DNA of 64,000 nt from Trichodelitschia bisporula. Lineage: Eukaryota. Below the pieces are notes generated by a model, which ran no database searches, was not told where the DNA came from, and saw only the letters and a list, made by a program, of their open reading frames with translations. Position 1 is the first letter of the stretch. The number at the start of each line of letters is the position of its first letter. A program made the position numbers and the translations under genes. The DNA lies in the NCBI GenBank assembly GCA_010356995.1, contig ML996691.1, positions 1,308,174 through 1,372,173 of the forward strand, in the 5' to 3' direction. Shown here one piece after another: positions 13,485 to 25,243 of the stretch.

Positions 13485-14785
13485 CCGCTTGAGGAGAATC
13501 GATGCGAACGAAAACGGGGATCAGAAATACGTCTTTGCTCTCGCTGGAAATACAATAGAAAGCGTAAGTGCTTGCGGTGGACATCATGAAAAGGGTCGAA
13601 GTCAGGTTGCCGCCATCGTCTCTCTGAAACTTCATTGAGACGCTTAAACCTCGACTGCGGAAGGCAAAAAGTCCAGTTTCCTCGCCCACACAGCAGCTCG
13701 AACTAACACGGGCAATAGGACAAGGAGACTAAGTGGGGGGATGCAAGGGCATGCACTGTTCCAAGCCAGTCAGTGCGGATCGACCAGACATCCGGCCCTC
13801 TATTGTAGATGACACGCAGCACGCGACAGCGGAAGGGACGGGTGGGTGCGGTAGATGGACGGGGAGTCCTTGAGGTAGCGAGGACTACGGGCAAAATGTG
13901 GAGCGGTACGATGGACGGAGGGGTGGGATAGTGCGGGGTAATGGAGTGAGGGAGGTGAGCGAAATCGACGCGGAATCGGAGTCCGAAGCCCTGGCGAGCC
14001 TGGCCGATACCCCGTCCCTCCCGCCACCTGCTGCATATCTGCCTCGAAGCCACCAGTGCCAGGCAGGCGAGCAGTGGTCAACGGTCGACTCTGCGATGCA
14101 TTAACAGAGGTTGAGCAGCACGTGTAGCGGGTGTAGTCGCAAGGTGTGCCGTGTTGGGGAAAGCGCCGATTCAGCAATCTGCGATGCCGGGAGTGATAGA
14201 TGGACTTTGATTGCGGTACACACGCCGCCTTGGATTGTCGACGATTAATGGGTCGAAGCGTATGCATAGCTATAGTAGATACATCCGTATACAGCCAGTA
14301 AAAGACTGGCGCTAAATAGCTGGTCAGCCTTCGGGGATAGCAGTTGGCTCCGTGGGTGTCCATTCCGATAGTAATGGTCAGGTTTAACATAGCATAAGCT
14401 GCCCTCTGCCGTATTTTCTCAAGGCCAGTCTTGCCGTCATGGAAGGACAGATAGGGAAAATACGAGTGGGAATAGTGGCGGTGAAAGCCTTGGTTCTGTA
14501 CTATACAGATTGATCTTGGATCTGATAGGCAGTAATGACTGTCTAAGTGAAATGGAACTTCTTAAGGGCAAGCAGCTTCAGCGCAGTTCAAAAGAAACGG
14601 ATGCTTGAGGGTTGCTGTCGTTTGAGTTCGCTTCAGACGCGAGATGCTTCAGATGTTTCGAGAGAGGTGCAGTCAGGACTTCCGATGGCCCATCGCCAAG
14701 ACTGTTCCCGTGACTTCGGAATCGGAAGCTCAGCGGCGAAGTCAGGACCCGGAGCAACTATTCCCCGCCCCCGCCATCTGTCGGG

Positions 14786-14791
14786 TATAAG
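14786..14791 (+). promoter_or_regulatory. TATA-like box upstream of U6
   Basis: TATAAG about 35-40 nt upstream of the U6 5' stem-loop, followed by a pyrimidine-rich stretch. Confidence 0.55.
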
Positions 14792-14825
14792 AGCGTGTCC
14801 TCCCCCAAACCCTCTTCTTCTCCTC

Positions 14826-14926
14826 GCCTTCGGGCATTTGGTCAATTTGAAACGATACAGAGAAGATTAGCATGGCCCCTGCACTAAGGATGACACGCTC
14901 AATCAAAGAGAAGCTCCAAGTTTTTT
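14826..14926 (+). ncRNA. U6: U6 spliceosomal snRNA (intronless)
   Basis: 5' GCCTTCGGGC stem-loop, then ACGATACAGAGAAGATTAGCATGGCCCCTGCACTAAGGATGACACGC (ACAGAGA box, AGC triad, ISL), ending in a T6 Pol III terminator. The exact 5' end is uncertain by a few nt. Confidence 0.97.
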
Positions 14927-15499
14927 CATCGCTCGCTTTTGCAATGCAGGAGCGCGAAGAAGATACAGAGCTGCCGATGTTGTGTACCTGTTAGTGAAAT
15001 CGGGACCTGTATGACGAGGATGTGAAGCGGAATCAAGATGCTCGCAAGTAGAGAGCCACAAAGCAGAGCGTGTCCTCGCGTGTCTGGCAATAGACTTGGA
15101 CTCGGTCGCGTTGAATATGCTCGTAAGACGCGTCTATCGCTCTAGATACATATCTCTGGGAATTCCTTCAGCTTGCCGTTCCAGTCTTACAAGTGCCAGT
15201 TTGGCATGTCGGTCGTCCTCCTCGTATCCATCACCAGCACCCCTACTGGTGCTCAAATGAACCCTCGTCCCCAGCGTGCCTGAATTACACACGACTCACC
15301 CACCCTCTACCTTCGTGACTGTCTCCATCGCCGGAGCCGCGTGCCGCCAAGTTGAGCTCCACCGCGTCTCCGCCCCTTGTCTGCTATCCCGCCATACGCG
15401 CCAAGCGCCCCTTGGCATCCATCAGCCAGCCTGTCCTCTCCAGCTCAGCATCAAAGACCACAGCTCCAAACACCCCACCCCAATCCCACCACCAGCACC

Positions 15500-16609
15500 A
15501 TGCTCTCCCTCCGCATCCTCAGCGCCCTGCTGCTGCCCCTCGCGGCCCTAGCCGCCAAACCATCCGGCGACCGCTTCGCCGACTTCCACACCAAGCCGCA
15601 GCCCCTCAAGCTCGACGACACCAAATACACCTCGCTCACCACCGCCCCGCGCGATTACTCCAGCATCGTCCTGCTCACAGCCATGGACCCGCGCATCGGC
15701 TGCGTCGCATGCCAGGCCTTCGCGCCGGAATGGGATTTGCTCGCCCGGAGCTGGCAGAAGGGGGATAAGCAGGGCAAGGGCCGGGTGGTGTTCGGCACGC
15801 TCGACTTTGCGGATGGGAAGGCGACGTTTCAGTCGGTATGTTGGGATGATTGGGGTTGATGGGTGGGGCTGATGGGAACAGTTGATGCTGCAACATGCGC
15901 CGGTCCTGCTGCTCTTCCGCCCGACGAAGGGCCCGGATGCGGTGCCTGATCCGTCGCCCGTGCGGCTGGACTTTGCGACTGGGTATGTGTCGCCTCACTT
16001 GTGGGGATGCGAACTGACGAGCTAGATCTCAATCCGCGGAGTCGATCCACGCGTGGCTGAGCCGGCATCTGCCCGAGGGACCGCGGCCGCGCGTCGTGCG
16101 CCCTGTGAACTACATGCGCATCGGGATGATCACACTTCTGGCTCTCGGGACCGTCAGCGCCATTTCCGTGGCCGGCCCGTACATCCTGCCGCTGATCCAG
16201 AACCGCAATCTCTGGGCTGCGCTGAGCTTGATCGCCGTGCTCATGTTTACGAGCGGGCATATGTTCAATCACATCCGTAAGACGCCGTATGTGTCTGGGG
16301 ATGGGCGGGGGGGGATTAGTTACTTTGCCGGGGGCTTTCAGAACCAGTTTGGGCTGGAGACGCAGATTGTGGCTGCTATTTGTGGGTGTTTCTTGAAATG
16401 GGTTGGGGTTTTGCTAACGGGTGGCAGATGGCGTGCTTGCCTTCTCCGCCATCACCCTCGCGACCAAGGTGCCGCGCATTGCCGACGAGCGCATCCAGGG
16501 CTTTGCCGTGTTTACCTGGGCGGGCATCATGTATCTGATGTACAGCTTCCTGCTCAGCGTGTTCCGCTTCAAGAACGGCGGGTACCCGTTCCACCTGCCC
16601 CCGTTTTAG
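15500..16609 (+). CDS. OST3: Oligosaccharyltransferase OST3/OST6 (MAGT1/TUSC3) subunit; exons 15500-15835, 15882-15982, 16026-16381, 16428-16609
   Basis: Signal peptide, PRDYS..VLLTA, CVAC thioredoxin-like motif, FTSGHMFNHIR, GFQNQFGLETQIV, C-terminal FRFKNGGYPF. Three canonical introns. Confidence 0.92.
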
Positions 16610-16839
16610 ACAGGACTAGATGTGGGATGGAAAAAGTGCATCGCGACGAGCGTGTATCATATGGATTTTGCATCGGCGTTGCGAAGATGTTGGGATTAGG
16701 AGTATCAAAAGGGGTTATTTGCTGCGTATTGTGCTGCTTGTGATTTTGGGTGTAGTATTTTGCCTCTTGACGGCCTCATGCGAGGACGCCCCTGACTGCT
16801 GACTATACAGGTAAACCGTTATCCACACCAGGCCACCCA

Positions 16840-17349
16840 CTACTCATCCACCGGCTCCTCTCCTCTTGCCACAAGGCGCCTCGCATTCTCCCCCTCTCCT
16901 CTAACCACAAGACGTCTCGCATTCGCGCCCCGCGCCCAATTCCGATCAAGACCGAAAATCAACATAAACGACGCAACGACATACTCTCTCAGCACAACAA
17001 GCACATTCCCCCTCCTCCTCAGCTGCGTCAGCTGTTCCTCATCGGTGGCAGTCCAAGACGATGCATCTGGTGGAGACGGTTCGAGGTAGTCCCACTCTGG
17101 AAAAGCAGGTGAAGAGGGCGGGAAGAACGGTGTCGTCGGTGGTGTGCACGAGATGCGGTCGAGCTTGTTCCAGTCTAGCAACGGGGAGGGAATTGGTCTG
17201 TCCGAGTCCGAGAGGAAGGTCGAGTCGAGGAGGGGGGATGTGGCGGTTCCGCTGAAGGAGTGGAGGAGCTCCTTTGTTTCTTTTTCTTTTTTTTTGCGTT
17301 CGCGCCAGCGTTGGCGTGGGGGGGCGGTGGGGATTGGATCCGTGGACAT
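16840..17349 (-). CDS. Hypothetical protein (169 aa), possibly an orphan
   Basis: ATG-initiated ORF between two real genes. It shows the same C-rich 5' / G-rich 3' composition as the genuine genes and has a duplicated NARRLVxRGE at the C-terminus. No recognisable domain. Confidence 0.45.
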   Translation of the reverse strand: MSTDPIPTAPPRQRWRERKKKEKETKELLHSFSGTATSPLLDSTFLSDSDRPIPSPLLDWNKLDRISCTPPTTPFFPPSSPAFPEWDYLEPSPPDASSWTATDEEQLTQLRRRGNVLVVLREYVVASFMLIFGLDRNWARGANARRLVVRGEGENARRLVARGEEPVDE

Positions 17350-17580
17350 TGTACAAGAGGTACGAGGTAGGTCGTAAACCGTATAGTGGAGATGTGGACG
17401 AGGTTGAGGCTTGATGCTTCGCAGGGTGGTGTGTACACACCCCCTTCTACCTTCAAATGCACCTATTTACCGCCCACCATGTCACACTTCGTCACTCACC
17501 GACAAACGCACCATATGCCATCCAAACGCCGCATTCACCCTAAACCAGCCGCTCTAAGATCGATCATGCAAAGCAAACAA

Positions 17581-19270
17581 CTACAACGGCACCTCCCCCT
17601 TCTCAACCGACACCCGCTTACACTCCGCCAGTATCTTAGCCTGCCGCGCCACATCCCCCAACCTGCCAATAACACGGCCATTCCCCTCCACAAACCCATA
17701 AAGCGCATACGGAATCCCCACCTCCTTACAAAACTCCTGCACCAACGCTTGAGTCCTTCTCAAGTTATGCCTCGGAATGCGCGGAAACAGATGGTGCACG
17801 GCCTGGAACTGCAATCCGCCGTGGAAGAAGTCGAGCCAGGGGGGGCACTCGATGTCCATGGTCGTGCGGAGCATTTTCTGGACGAAGGATTCGGAGGGCC
17901 CGAGGTCGGCGGTGCTCATTGCGAAGTGGCTGAGGGTGATTTGGGCGTGGACGGGCATGGTTACCATGTGGCTGATGAGGAGGTAGGTGAGGCGCGTGCT
18001 GTTGTCTGGTAGACTGCGGTAGAGAATCCCGTAGCCGAACCAGGTCCAGAAGAAGACATGCCCGGTAATCTCGAACCAGCGGTGCCACCACGCGGGGCCG
18101 CGCTTGGGCGCCTGCCCGCCCAGGAGATAAACCCAGCTCAAGCGGTAGAGATTGAAGCGGCCGAAGAGGAGGACGGGGTAGTAAAGGTAGTGCTGTGCGC
18201 GGAGTGTGACGCGGGCCACAGCGTCATAGGTCATGATTTTGTCGTAGTAGGTCGAGCGGAGGGAGAGCAGGAAGCGGTGCGAGACGGCAAAGAAGGGCAT
18301 GTGTTGGATGTCCGGGTCGTGGTCGGGCGAGTTTGTGACAATGTGGTGCACGTTGTGGTTGTGTTTCCACCAGCCGAGACTGAGACCGCCGAGATAGTCG
18401 GCGATGACGATGCCGATTATGGTGTCGAGCGTGAAGGAGTGCGTTATGCCCATGTGTCCTGCGTCGTGCGCGGAGAAGACGAGTTGGTGCCAGAACATGC
18501 CGAGGAAGGCGGCGGAGGTCTTGTACCACCCGATGTTGAGGAAGTAGAGACAGCTGGCGAGGAGCAGCGTGTACCGCGTGCACTCTATTAGGTAGTCGGT
18601 GTAGTTGCACTGGTACAATCCCGCGTCTTTAATTCGCTGGCCGAGCTCGCGGTACTTCCGCACGATGTCGTCTTGCACCTCCGGTTCGAGCGGCGGGTAC
18701 ATCGATTTGTCGAGTTTGATTTCCTCCCGCGTCCACACGTCGATATGCGACATCCTGGAATCCTCGTCCAGCGCGACCGACGAAATCGACGACGACCGAC
18801 TGTACCCGCCCTTACGTTGGCGCAATTCGGAAGATGGATCCACAGGATCAAACACCGGCGACGGGTCCTGCGAGCTCGCACTCTCCGCCTCAACCCCCTC
18901 ATCCACAACCTCAACATCGCGCGGACGAAACTTGCCCCCCTGTATCGGCGGCACGAAATTAACCCAGCGCCCCTCAACGCGCCCAATTTTATACGAATTC
19001 ATGCGCTGTCGCGCCTCGGGGGAATGTAGCCTGGGACATCAGCCGAGAACGAAACAAAGGAAAGCAGACATACGCGTTGACTTCGTCCGTAGCGTCGCGG
19101 CCGACCATGTGCAAGATAGCCTTGTCGCCGCCCGGGTGGAACGGGCGCCATGCATCGGCCTTAAGGACATAACTATCGAGAATAATGATTGCGTGCCCGT
19201 CTGCGATGAGGGCTTCGATTTCGCGGCGGGGGAGGACGGGGAGCGAGCGGTGGGGGGCGGGGGGAGGCAT
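17581..19270 (-). CDS. SLD1: Sphingolipid delta-8 desaturase (cytochrome b5 fusion), 548 aa; exons 19270-19074, 19030-17581
   Basis: Cytochrome b5 HPGG..GRDATDE and the three boxes HDAGH, HNVHH, QAVHH, with WLDFFHGGLQFQ. Intron 19031-19073 GTATGT..GCTGAT..CAG. Confidence 0.92.
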
Positions 19271-19564
19271 TGTGTAGTTTTGGACGGAGTGGAGGCGGCT
19301 ATAGAGCCATTGGGGGTTCTTGGGAGGTAATTGGGGTGTTTGCGGGTTCTGAGCGAGGGTGTTGGGTTTAAAGGAGAGGACAGCGGAGCAGCGGCATGTA
19401 CCGATCCGCCTTGTGATGTTGTCGAGGTGGAGCTCAAGCGGCGAGGGATTAACGTTTGGCCCGAGGCTGGCTGGGCCTGACCTTTTCCACGTGCTTGAAG
19501 GGTTGGGACAGTGTCGCTTCACCATGATTTTCTTCACGCACTCAACCTCTGCTCAACTTCGACT

Positions 19565-21195
19565 TTCAGCATCCAACAAGCATCAAAGGCACTTTTCAAC
19601 CTACAAATGGCTGAGAGAACCCCCTCTCCCCCTCCTAAGACGAGCGTTAAGAACTGAAGATGCAGAGTGCAGGTCCGCCTCGACTCATCCCTCTCTTCGA
19701 GCAAGTGCTCTCCCGACGACAAAGGCGCCGACGTACCCTTAACGCAGCTTTCCAAGCTTGTGGAATAGCCGAGCTGCGTAGTTCTCCTTTGTTTCTTTAC
19801 GAAGTTGAGGTCTTCCGAGGCCTTTTGGACGAAGGAGGAAGGCGGACAACGAGAGCTTATCCCATGGGTTTTCATATTTGCTACCTGTACACCGTCTGTA
19901 GAGAGCTGGTGGCCAATGCCTTCAGCTCTCTCTTGACGGTGTACAGTCAACGAATATGAAAACTCAGGGGATGAGCTCTTTGAACAAGCCAAGCTTGTCC
20001 CGCTGATATGGCGGAACAGGTGTCCGTCCCAGACGCCCCTCAGGTTGTCGTCGTTGTATATTTCAATGAGGCCTAGCGATGGCCTTTGAGCTGACCGGCT
20101 ATGTATCGACACTTCCGAATCATGCCTGGTCGCTAAGCACGCCGTTGAATTAGTCGTCGACCGCTTTGGCTTTCTCTACGAACGGGGCACAGTTGAGGCG
20201 CATGCTGTAGTAGGCGCAGAGAGCCATGGCTTCAGCAGGGCTTCATACCTGCGCTATGGTTTGGCTGTCAGAAGTGGAAGCTTTGTCCGTTTTTCCCTTG
20301 TCCCCTCATTGAGGGTGGTGATGGCATCTGCCTAGAGTCCCAAGTTCTCTGACAGATGCCATCACCGCAGCCCTCAGTGAGGAGCGAATGGAAAGACTGA
20401 CAAAGCTTCTACCTCCGAGAACCAAACCGTCGATCGGCATTGTGGTTGAGTTCTTTCCGCTTCCCGAGGGGTGTGAGCGTTTGTGTAAATAGCTCCATGG
20501 GCTTTGAGTTTGATTCGGTATGTGATATAACCACAGCTATTGTCCCAATGCGAGCGGGGCTATCCCCTCACCTGGCTACTTATGCGCATCATGGCCAACA
20601 GCTATAGTTCTTTCGCGTGCCGACTCAGAGCCAAAGCCCATGGCGGTTTTCTACACAAGTGCTTGCACTCCTTCGACGTAAAGGAACCCGGGAAATCTTC
20701 ATGGACTAAGGTTATAGGGAGGATCTACTTCGCTGCTGCAGGCCAGGGTTAATGAAGGAACTCTGTACTGAACTTGCTTTGTACGGTCACTTTAGTATGA
20801 ACCGAATGGCAGCTTCCTTCCTTCAAGTCCCCCTCAAAAAAAATCTTTACTCTCGTAAAGGGCAGCTAGCGTCGTGGTCGCAAGCCCTTGCCGACTTCGA
20901 GAATGTGGTGTCCGAGTTGAAGCTTGTTCGTGTCCTACAGCGGCTGCACACATGATGATTCTAGAATCCGAACTTTCTAATGCTCGATCACGCCGTATCC
21001 GGCATATGAATCTGCTAGTAACCAAGTTCTTCCTGGTTGCCTGAGCATGGCGACGAGGAGATCCAAACTGCCACGCCTGGTGAGGGTAAACAACTTGAAG
21101 GTCAGAAGTGTAAAGTCGCGGCCGCGCGCTCTGCAAAACCAGCTAGCAGAGGAAGCAACGACTTTTCCCGGTGGTGCCTGTCCCGAAGAGTAGCA
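19565..21195 (-). pseudogene. Longer copy of the decayed duplicated gene/element
   Basis: Contains all blocks of 6505-7110 plus three extra segments (~19715-20045, ~20224-20428, ~20565-21038). Residual peptides such as RALARREG and RSHWDNS are shared with the other copy. Multiple stops and frameshifts. Confidence 0.7.
20256..20430. repeat. Imperfect inverted repeat / foldback (MITE-like), arms 20256-20330 and 20353-20430
   Basis: Left arm atggtttgg..gaagctttgtc..cctcattgaggg..ggtgatggcatctg is mirrored by cagatgccatcacc..ccctcagtgagg..gacaaagcttc..ccaaaccgt. Confidence 0.85.
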
Positions 21196-21700
21196 CGAGA
21201 CGACTCCGGCGCTTCACTCGCTACCCGCACTTCTCCGCCCTACGGTATCCATTCCATTCCCAACTAACCATCACCCTCTCCCAACCCCTCAAACACCCGT
21301 CCCATAGAACCAATTCCGCCCCTCCCATCCCCCCCTCCCCCGCCTCGCCCCTCCCACGCACAAGGCTGACCCCAAGACCTAGCCTCGCCGTCTTACCCAA
21401 CCCCCAAGCACCCAAACCCTTCTCCCCTAACCGACAAGCATAACATCCCCCGATACCCCCCAAATCAAGCACCCATCTCCTCGCCCGCGCGGGGTAGACG
21501 CGAATCACGCAACGGCCCTATCCTTCGCCGCATCATCGCGCTTCCAGCCCTACCCTACCGCCAGCCCTAGCGCAGGGAATACGTGGTCGAGGGCTGGTTC
21601 TAGCGTGCCTGGCCGGTGGTGGGCCACGAGGGCTTGCGGCGCGGTCGTTGAGTGGGCTTGGCTCACCGCTGGGTCTGTGTGCGGACGAGCCGAGGCTGGC

Positions 21701-21740
21701 NNNNNNNNNNNNNNNNNNNNNNNNNNNNNNNNNNNNNNNN
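21701..21740. other. Assembly gap (40 N) abutting a (GGGGC)n G-rich tract
   Basis: Run of N followed by gagcggggcggggcggggcgggcggggcggaggggc. Confidence 0.99.
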
Positions 21741-22044
21741 GAGCGGGGCGGGGCGGGGCGGGGCGGGGCGGAGGGGCGAGGGAAGGCGGTCAGCCTTGCT
21801 AGAACTACAGATGTAGTCGACCATCGCAGCGGAACAACGCAAGTAACTCGAACTGCGTATCGAGATGACCGCGGACGTATCGTCCATTTGGAATCTGCCC
21901 GCTATAGATGCGGGTGTCACGATCCCGTCTACCGCTCGCCTCTTGCGCGTTACCGGCGCGATCGTTGTTTCGCGTGTACTGCCTTTGATGATACCCCCCG
22001 GGTTGGTGCCGTGTTTCTACGCTTGGCGGGACGTCGAGGCCGGT

Positions 22045-22302
22045 GATGCAGACATGAAGAAAGAGCATTGCTGGTCGGTAAGGAATAGGGCGCACTTGAT
22101 GTAATGTGCGCATGATGGGAGGAAGGAGCATCGGAGGACAGTCGCCACATCGTGTATTTAGTCTCGAGCTTCTCTGAACCTCTTCCCTTCTCTTCTCTGA
22201 ACCTCTTCTCTTCTCTTCTCTTCTCTTCTCTTCTTTGTGTTCCATCAACTCTTCACTTGACGCCATAGCCTTTTGCACTTGTCGGGCCTACTCTTCTATT
22301 AG
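22045..22302 (+). repeat. Short dispersed repeat, copy A, with internal (CTCTT)n tract
   Basis: taatgtgcgcatgatgggaggaaggagcatcggaggaca-gccacatcgtgtatttagtctcgagc, CT tract, then ttcactt..gcctac..ttctattag. Matches copies at 37.2 and 40.1 kb. Confidence 0.8.
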
Positions 22303-22633
22303 TCGATATCTCGGCCTCCTCTCCCTTATAGACGTCGGGTCGATACCGAGTCAACCGTCACTCGGGCTCCGTATCCGCCCTTAGAATCAAGAACACCATT
22401 GGGGCGCCATTATGATCAGGTATGATACAGTATCTATTCCCCATCATCCTACATCGTGTACATACGATACACATACACATTCACATATTTTCCAATCCTC
22501 ATGCCCCCCACCATGCAATATATGCCCAATGCAGCGATCGTGCGGCGTATCGTCGCCGAACCCGAAAAGAAAAAAGCGAGTGGTATCGTGAAGCATAACC
22601 ATAACCAAGCAAAACGCTCATCTCATCTCATCC

Positions 22634-25243
22634 CTATCTCAACCACCCCCCCAAAAGTCCACTTCGTCTTCTCTGTCCACCTCCACTCACACTCCCCGCA
22701 CTCCCACCACTCCCCCGTCTCCTAACATCCGGACTCGCAGATCCCGCCCTAGATTCCCACCCCCCCTTGGGGCCCAAAAGATCCGGCCGGTCAAGATCAA
22801 ACGGATCGGACACCCGACTCTCCCTCCCCTCCGCGCCCGCATCACTCACACCGAGGAAGTACCGGGTAGTAGGCCTCGTCGGCCCGGGCTCCCCAAACCC
22901 GCCCGTCCCGCTCCCCAGATACGCCCTCTTAAGCGCGCCATACTCCCGCTCAACCTCCGCCTCCCACGCCGATCCCCCGCCCGAGGGGATCAGAGGACTC
23001 ACCCCGGCACTCGCAAATCCAGAGTCCTCGCTCCTAACACTCGCCTGCGGCCCCAATAACACCCTCGTTCGCAAAGGGGCTACTGCCGCGGCGCTGACAC
23101 TCCGCGTATGTCCGGAGGACGAGTAACTCGACCCGCTCCCCGGTCTTCTTAGCAAACTCTCCGGCGTCTCGGCGCGCGAGGCCATCGACGGTTCTCTGCG
23201 CAGGCCGCCGGCTGCAGCGGCGAGCGTGGGCGACGAGGCGCGTGGATTACGTGTCGGCGGGTCGACGAACGGGTTATTCTCAGGCTCAGGATCAGCAAAC
23301 GGGTTCCTGTTCGGGTCGGGCGACCGCGGCGACCGGAGCGCCATTGCCGCCGCAAGGCCCAGCCCAGCCCCCGCAGCCGCCCCCACCGCCATGCCGGGCC
23401 CGCGCATCGATATCCGGCTCGTCGCTGTGCCCTGCCGACTCAGGCCATCCGGGTTCGTAACCCGGAGAGGTTCTGCATCAGCCGGGTCGCGGAACGGATT
23501 TACCTCCGCTGGCTGAAAGCTCGTTATGCGGGGTATACTGCTCACGCTCGCAGGGCGGCGCGGGGGCAACGCCAGGGGCGGGAGGACGGGCGGGTGTGGC
23601 TGGCTGAGGCTGGCGCGATGACCGGCTGGTCGTGATGTAAACGCTTCGCGCATCTCGCCGCGCTCGATCCCGGGCGTGCCGACGCGTTCTGGCACCGGGG
23701 CTTTTCCGCGGCGGCGCGCGATGGCGGCGGCGATGCTGCCCAGCCCTACAGCCGCGAGGATACCGCCCCCGGCCGCTGAGCGGTTCAAGAGTGGTGAACC
23801 GGAGGCGCGTTTTCTCCGCCTCGCGCGGCGGCCACAGAAAAAGACCAGCGCGCCAATGATCAGGATAGCCAACACACCAGCCAGTCCGCCCGCCACAGCC
23901 CCGACATCCACCTTCTTACTATGAGCGGCGCCAATCTCGCCCGCCGCGGGGTGGTCAGCGCTGTGCGCGCCCGCACCGTCGGCGTGGTCAGCGGTGTGTC
24001 CGCTTTTGTCGGCGGGTTTGGTGGGGGAGGGTTTGCCCCCGGCGGTGGGTTTGGAGCCAGGGGTAGAGCCGGAAGAGAAGATTGCGGGAAGAGGGAGGGC
24101 GCCGAGGGATGCGTCGGGCGTGCCGGCGTTGGCGCGCCCGCTGTTGGGGGTGCCTACTATGCTGCCCCCGCCGAGGGCGGGGTCGATTTGAGGGAAGGAG
24201 GCGCCGGAGTTGGGGACGGAGCCGGAGCCGGATCCGGAGCCGGCGTTGGACCCTGAGCCGGAATTGGACCCTGAGCCGGAGTTGGACCCGGAACCGGAGT
24301 TGGAGTTGGATCCGGAGTTGGACCCGGAGTTGGACCCGGAGTTGGACCCTGAGTTGCTGCCTGAGCTGCTGGACCCGGACCCGGCGCCTGAGTTACTTGA
24401 GCCGGAGCCAGAGCCAGAGCCAGAGTTGGACCCGGACCCGGACCCGGACCCAGATCCGGATCCCGAACTGCCACTCCCGGCGTTCGACCCGCCCTGCTGC
24501 GGAGAGACGAGCGTGCCACCACTACTGCTACCACCACCACCACCATTCGTTGGCGGTGCGGGCTGTGCCTGTGCGGGCTGATTAGGCGCAGGAGCGGGCT
24601 GGGCCGGTGCAGGCTGATTCTGCGCGGGCTGGCCCTGCGCCGGGGCGGGTTGTGCGGCCGGCTGTGCGGCCGGCTGCTGGGGCTGGGGATTCGCCGGCGC
24701 GGGCGAGGGATTAGGCGCCGGGACGGCGGCGGCGATGGTCGTGCTATCGTCGTCCGGTTGTTGCACGGCGGGCATCTTGAGGCTGATGGAGGGGGCGACG
24801 GCGGTGCCCTTTGCTGGGGCGGCGGTTGGGGCCTTGGTGGGTGTTGGGGACTCTACGGTTGCGGCGGCGGTGGTGGGGGAGGGTTTTGCTGCTGCTGGTG
24901 GGGCGGCGGCGGGGGCCTTTGGGGTTGCATCGGCGGGGGGAGGGGGGGGGAGGAGGAGAGGTGGTGGTGGTGGTGCTGGGGCCATTGTTGTTGAGGAGGT
25001 TTGCGCGGGCGGAGCATTGGGTTTGTTGTTGTTGGTGGTAGAGGTTGTGTCGGGGTCGGCGGCGACGCTTTTGATGCTTTGCTTTACGACTGCGGGTTGG
25101 AGCTGGGTGTTGCTGGATGAGGTTGAGGATGTGGAGTCGCTTTGGCGGCTGGTTGTTGAGGACGTTGAAGGAGTGGTTGCGTTGTTGCTTCTTCGCACTT
25201 TGGTGCAGCGGCGACCGGAGACTGTTGTGATGTTGGACTCCAT
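22634..25243 (-). CDS. Low-complexity single-pass membrane protein (Ser/Thr/Pro/Gly-rich N-region, one TM helix, disordered tail with NPF motifs), ~869 aa
   Basis: Long uninterrupted ORF; first ATG at 25243 ([14 protein letters not shown]). TM segment [25 protein letters not shown] is followed by an RRARRRKR stop-transfer. NPFRD, NPFAD and NPFVD occur in the tail. Confidence 0.8.
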   Translation of the reverse strand: MESNITTVSGRRCTKVRRSNNATTPSTSSTTSRQSDSTSSTSSSNTQLQPAVVKQSIKSVAADPDTTSTTNNNKPNAPPAQTSSTTMAPAPPPPPLLLPPPPPADATPKAPAAAPPAAAKPSPTTAAATVESPTPTKAPTAAPAKGTAVAPSISLKMPAVQQPDDDSTTIAAAVPAPNPSPAPANPQPQQPAAQPAAQPAPAQGQPAQNQPAPAQPAPAPNQPAQAQPAPPTNGGGGGSSSGGTLVSPQQGGSNAGSGSSGSGSGSGSGSGSNSGSGSGSGSSNSGAGSGSSSSGSNSGSNSGSNSGSNSGSNSNSGSGSNSGSGSNSGSGSNAGSGSGSGSVPNSGASFPQIDPALGGGSIVGTPNSGRANAGTPDASLGALPLPAIFSSGSTPGSKPTAGGKPSPTKPADKSGHTADHADGAGAHSADHPAAGEIGAAHSKKVDVGAVAGGLAGVLAILIIGALVFFCGRRARRRKRASGSPLLNRSAAGGGILAAVGLGSIAAAIARRRGKAPVPERVGTPGIERGEMREAFTSRPAGHRASLSQPHPPVLPPLALPPRRPASVSSIPRITSFQPAEVNPFRDPADAEPLRVTNPDGLSRQGTATSRISMRGPGMAVGAAAGAGLGLAAAMALRSPRSPDPNRNPFADPEPENNPFVDPPTRNPRASSPTLAAAAGGLRREPSMASRAETPESLLRRPGSGSSYSSSGHTRSVSAAAVAPLRTRVLLGPQASVRSEDSGFASAGVSPLIPSGGGSAWEAEVEREYGALKRAYLGSGTGGFGEPGPTRPTTRYFLGVSDAGAEGRESRVSDPFDLDRPDLLGPKGGWESRAGSASPDVRRRGSGGSAGSVSGGGQRRRSGLLGGWLR
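24215..24480 (-). repeat. Coding tandem repeats (6/12/18-nt units) encoding (GS)n/(GSNS)n
   Basis: Repeated ccggagttggac / ccggac units on the + strand. Confidence 0.85.

Noticed and set aside
21805..22046. Cys-containing frame (YRCGCHD..RCFAC) after the gap
   Set aside because: No start codon or upstream exon can be defined because of the gap, and no known domain is evident.
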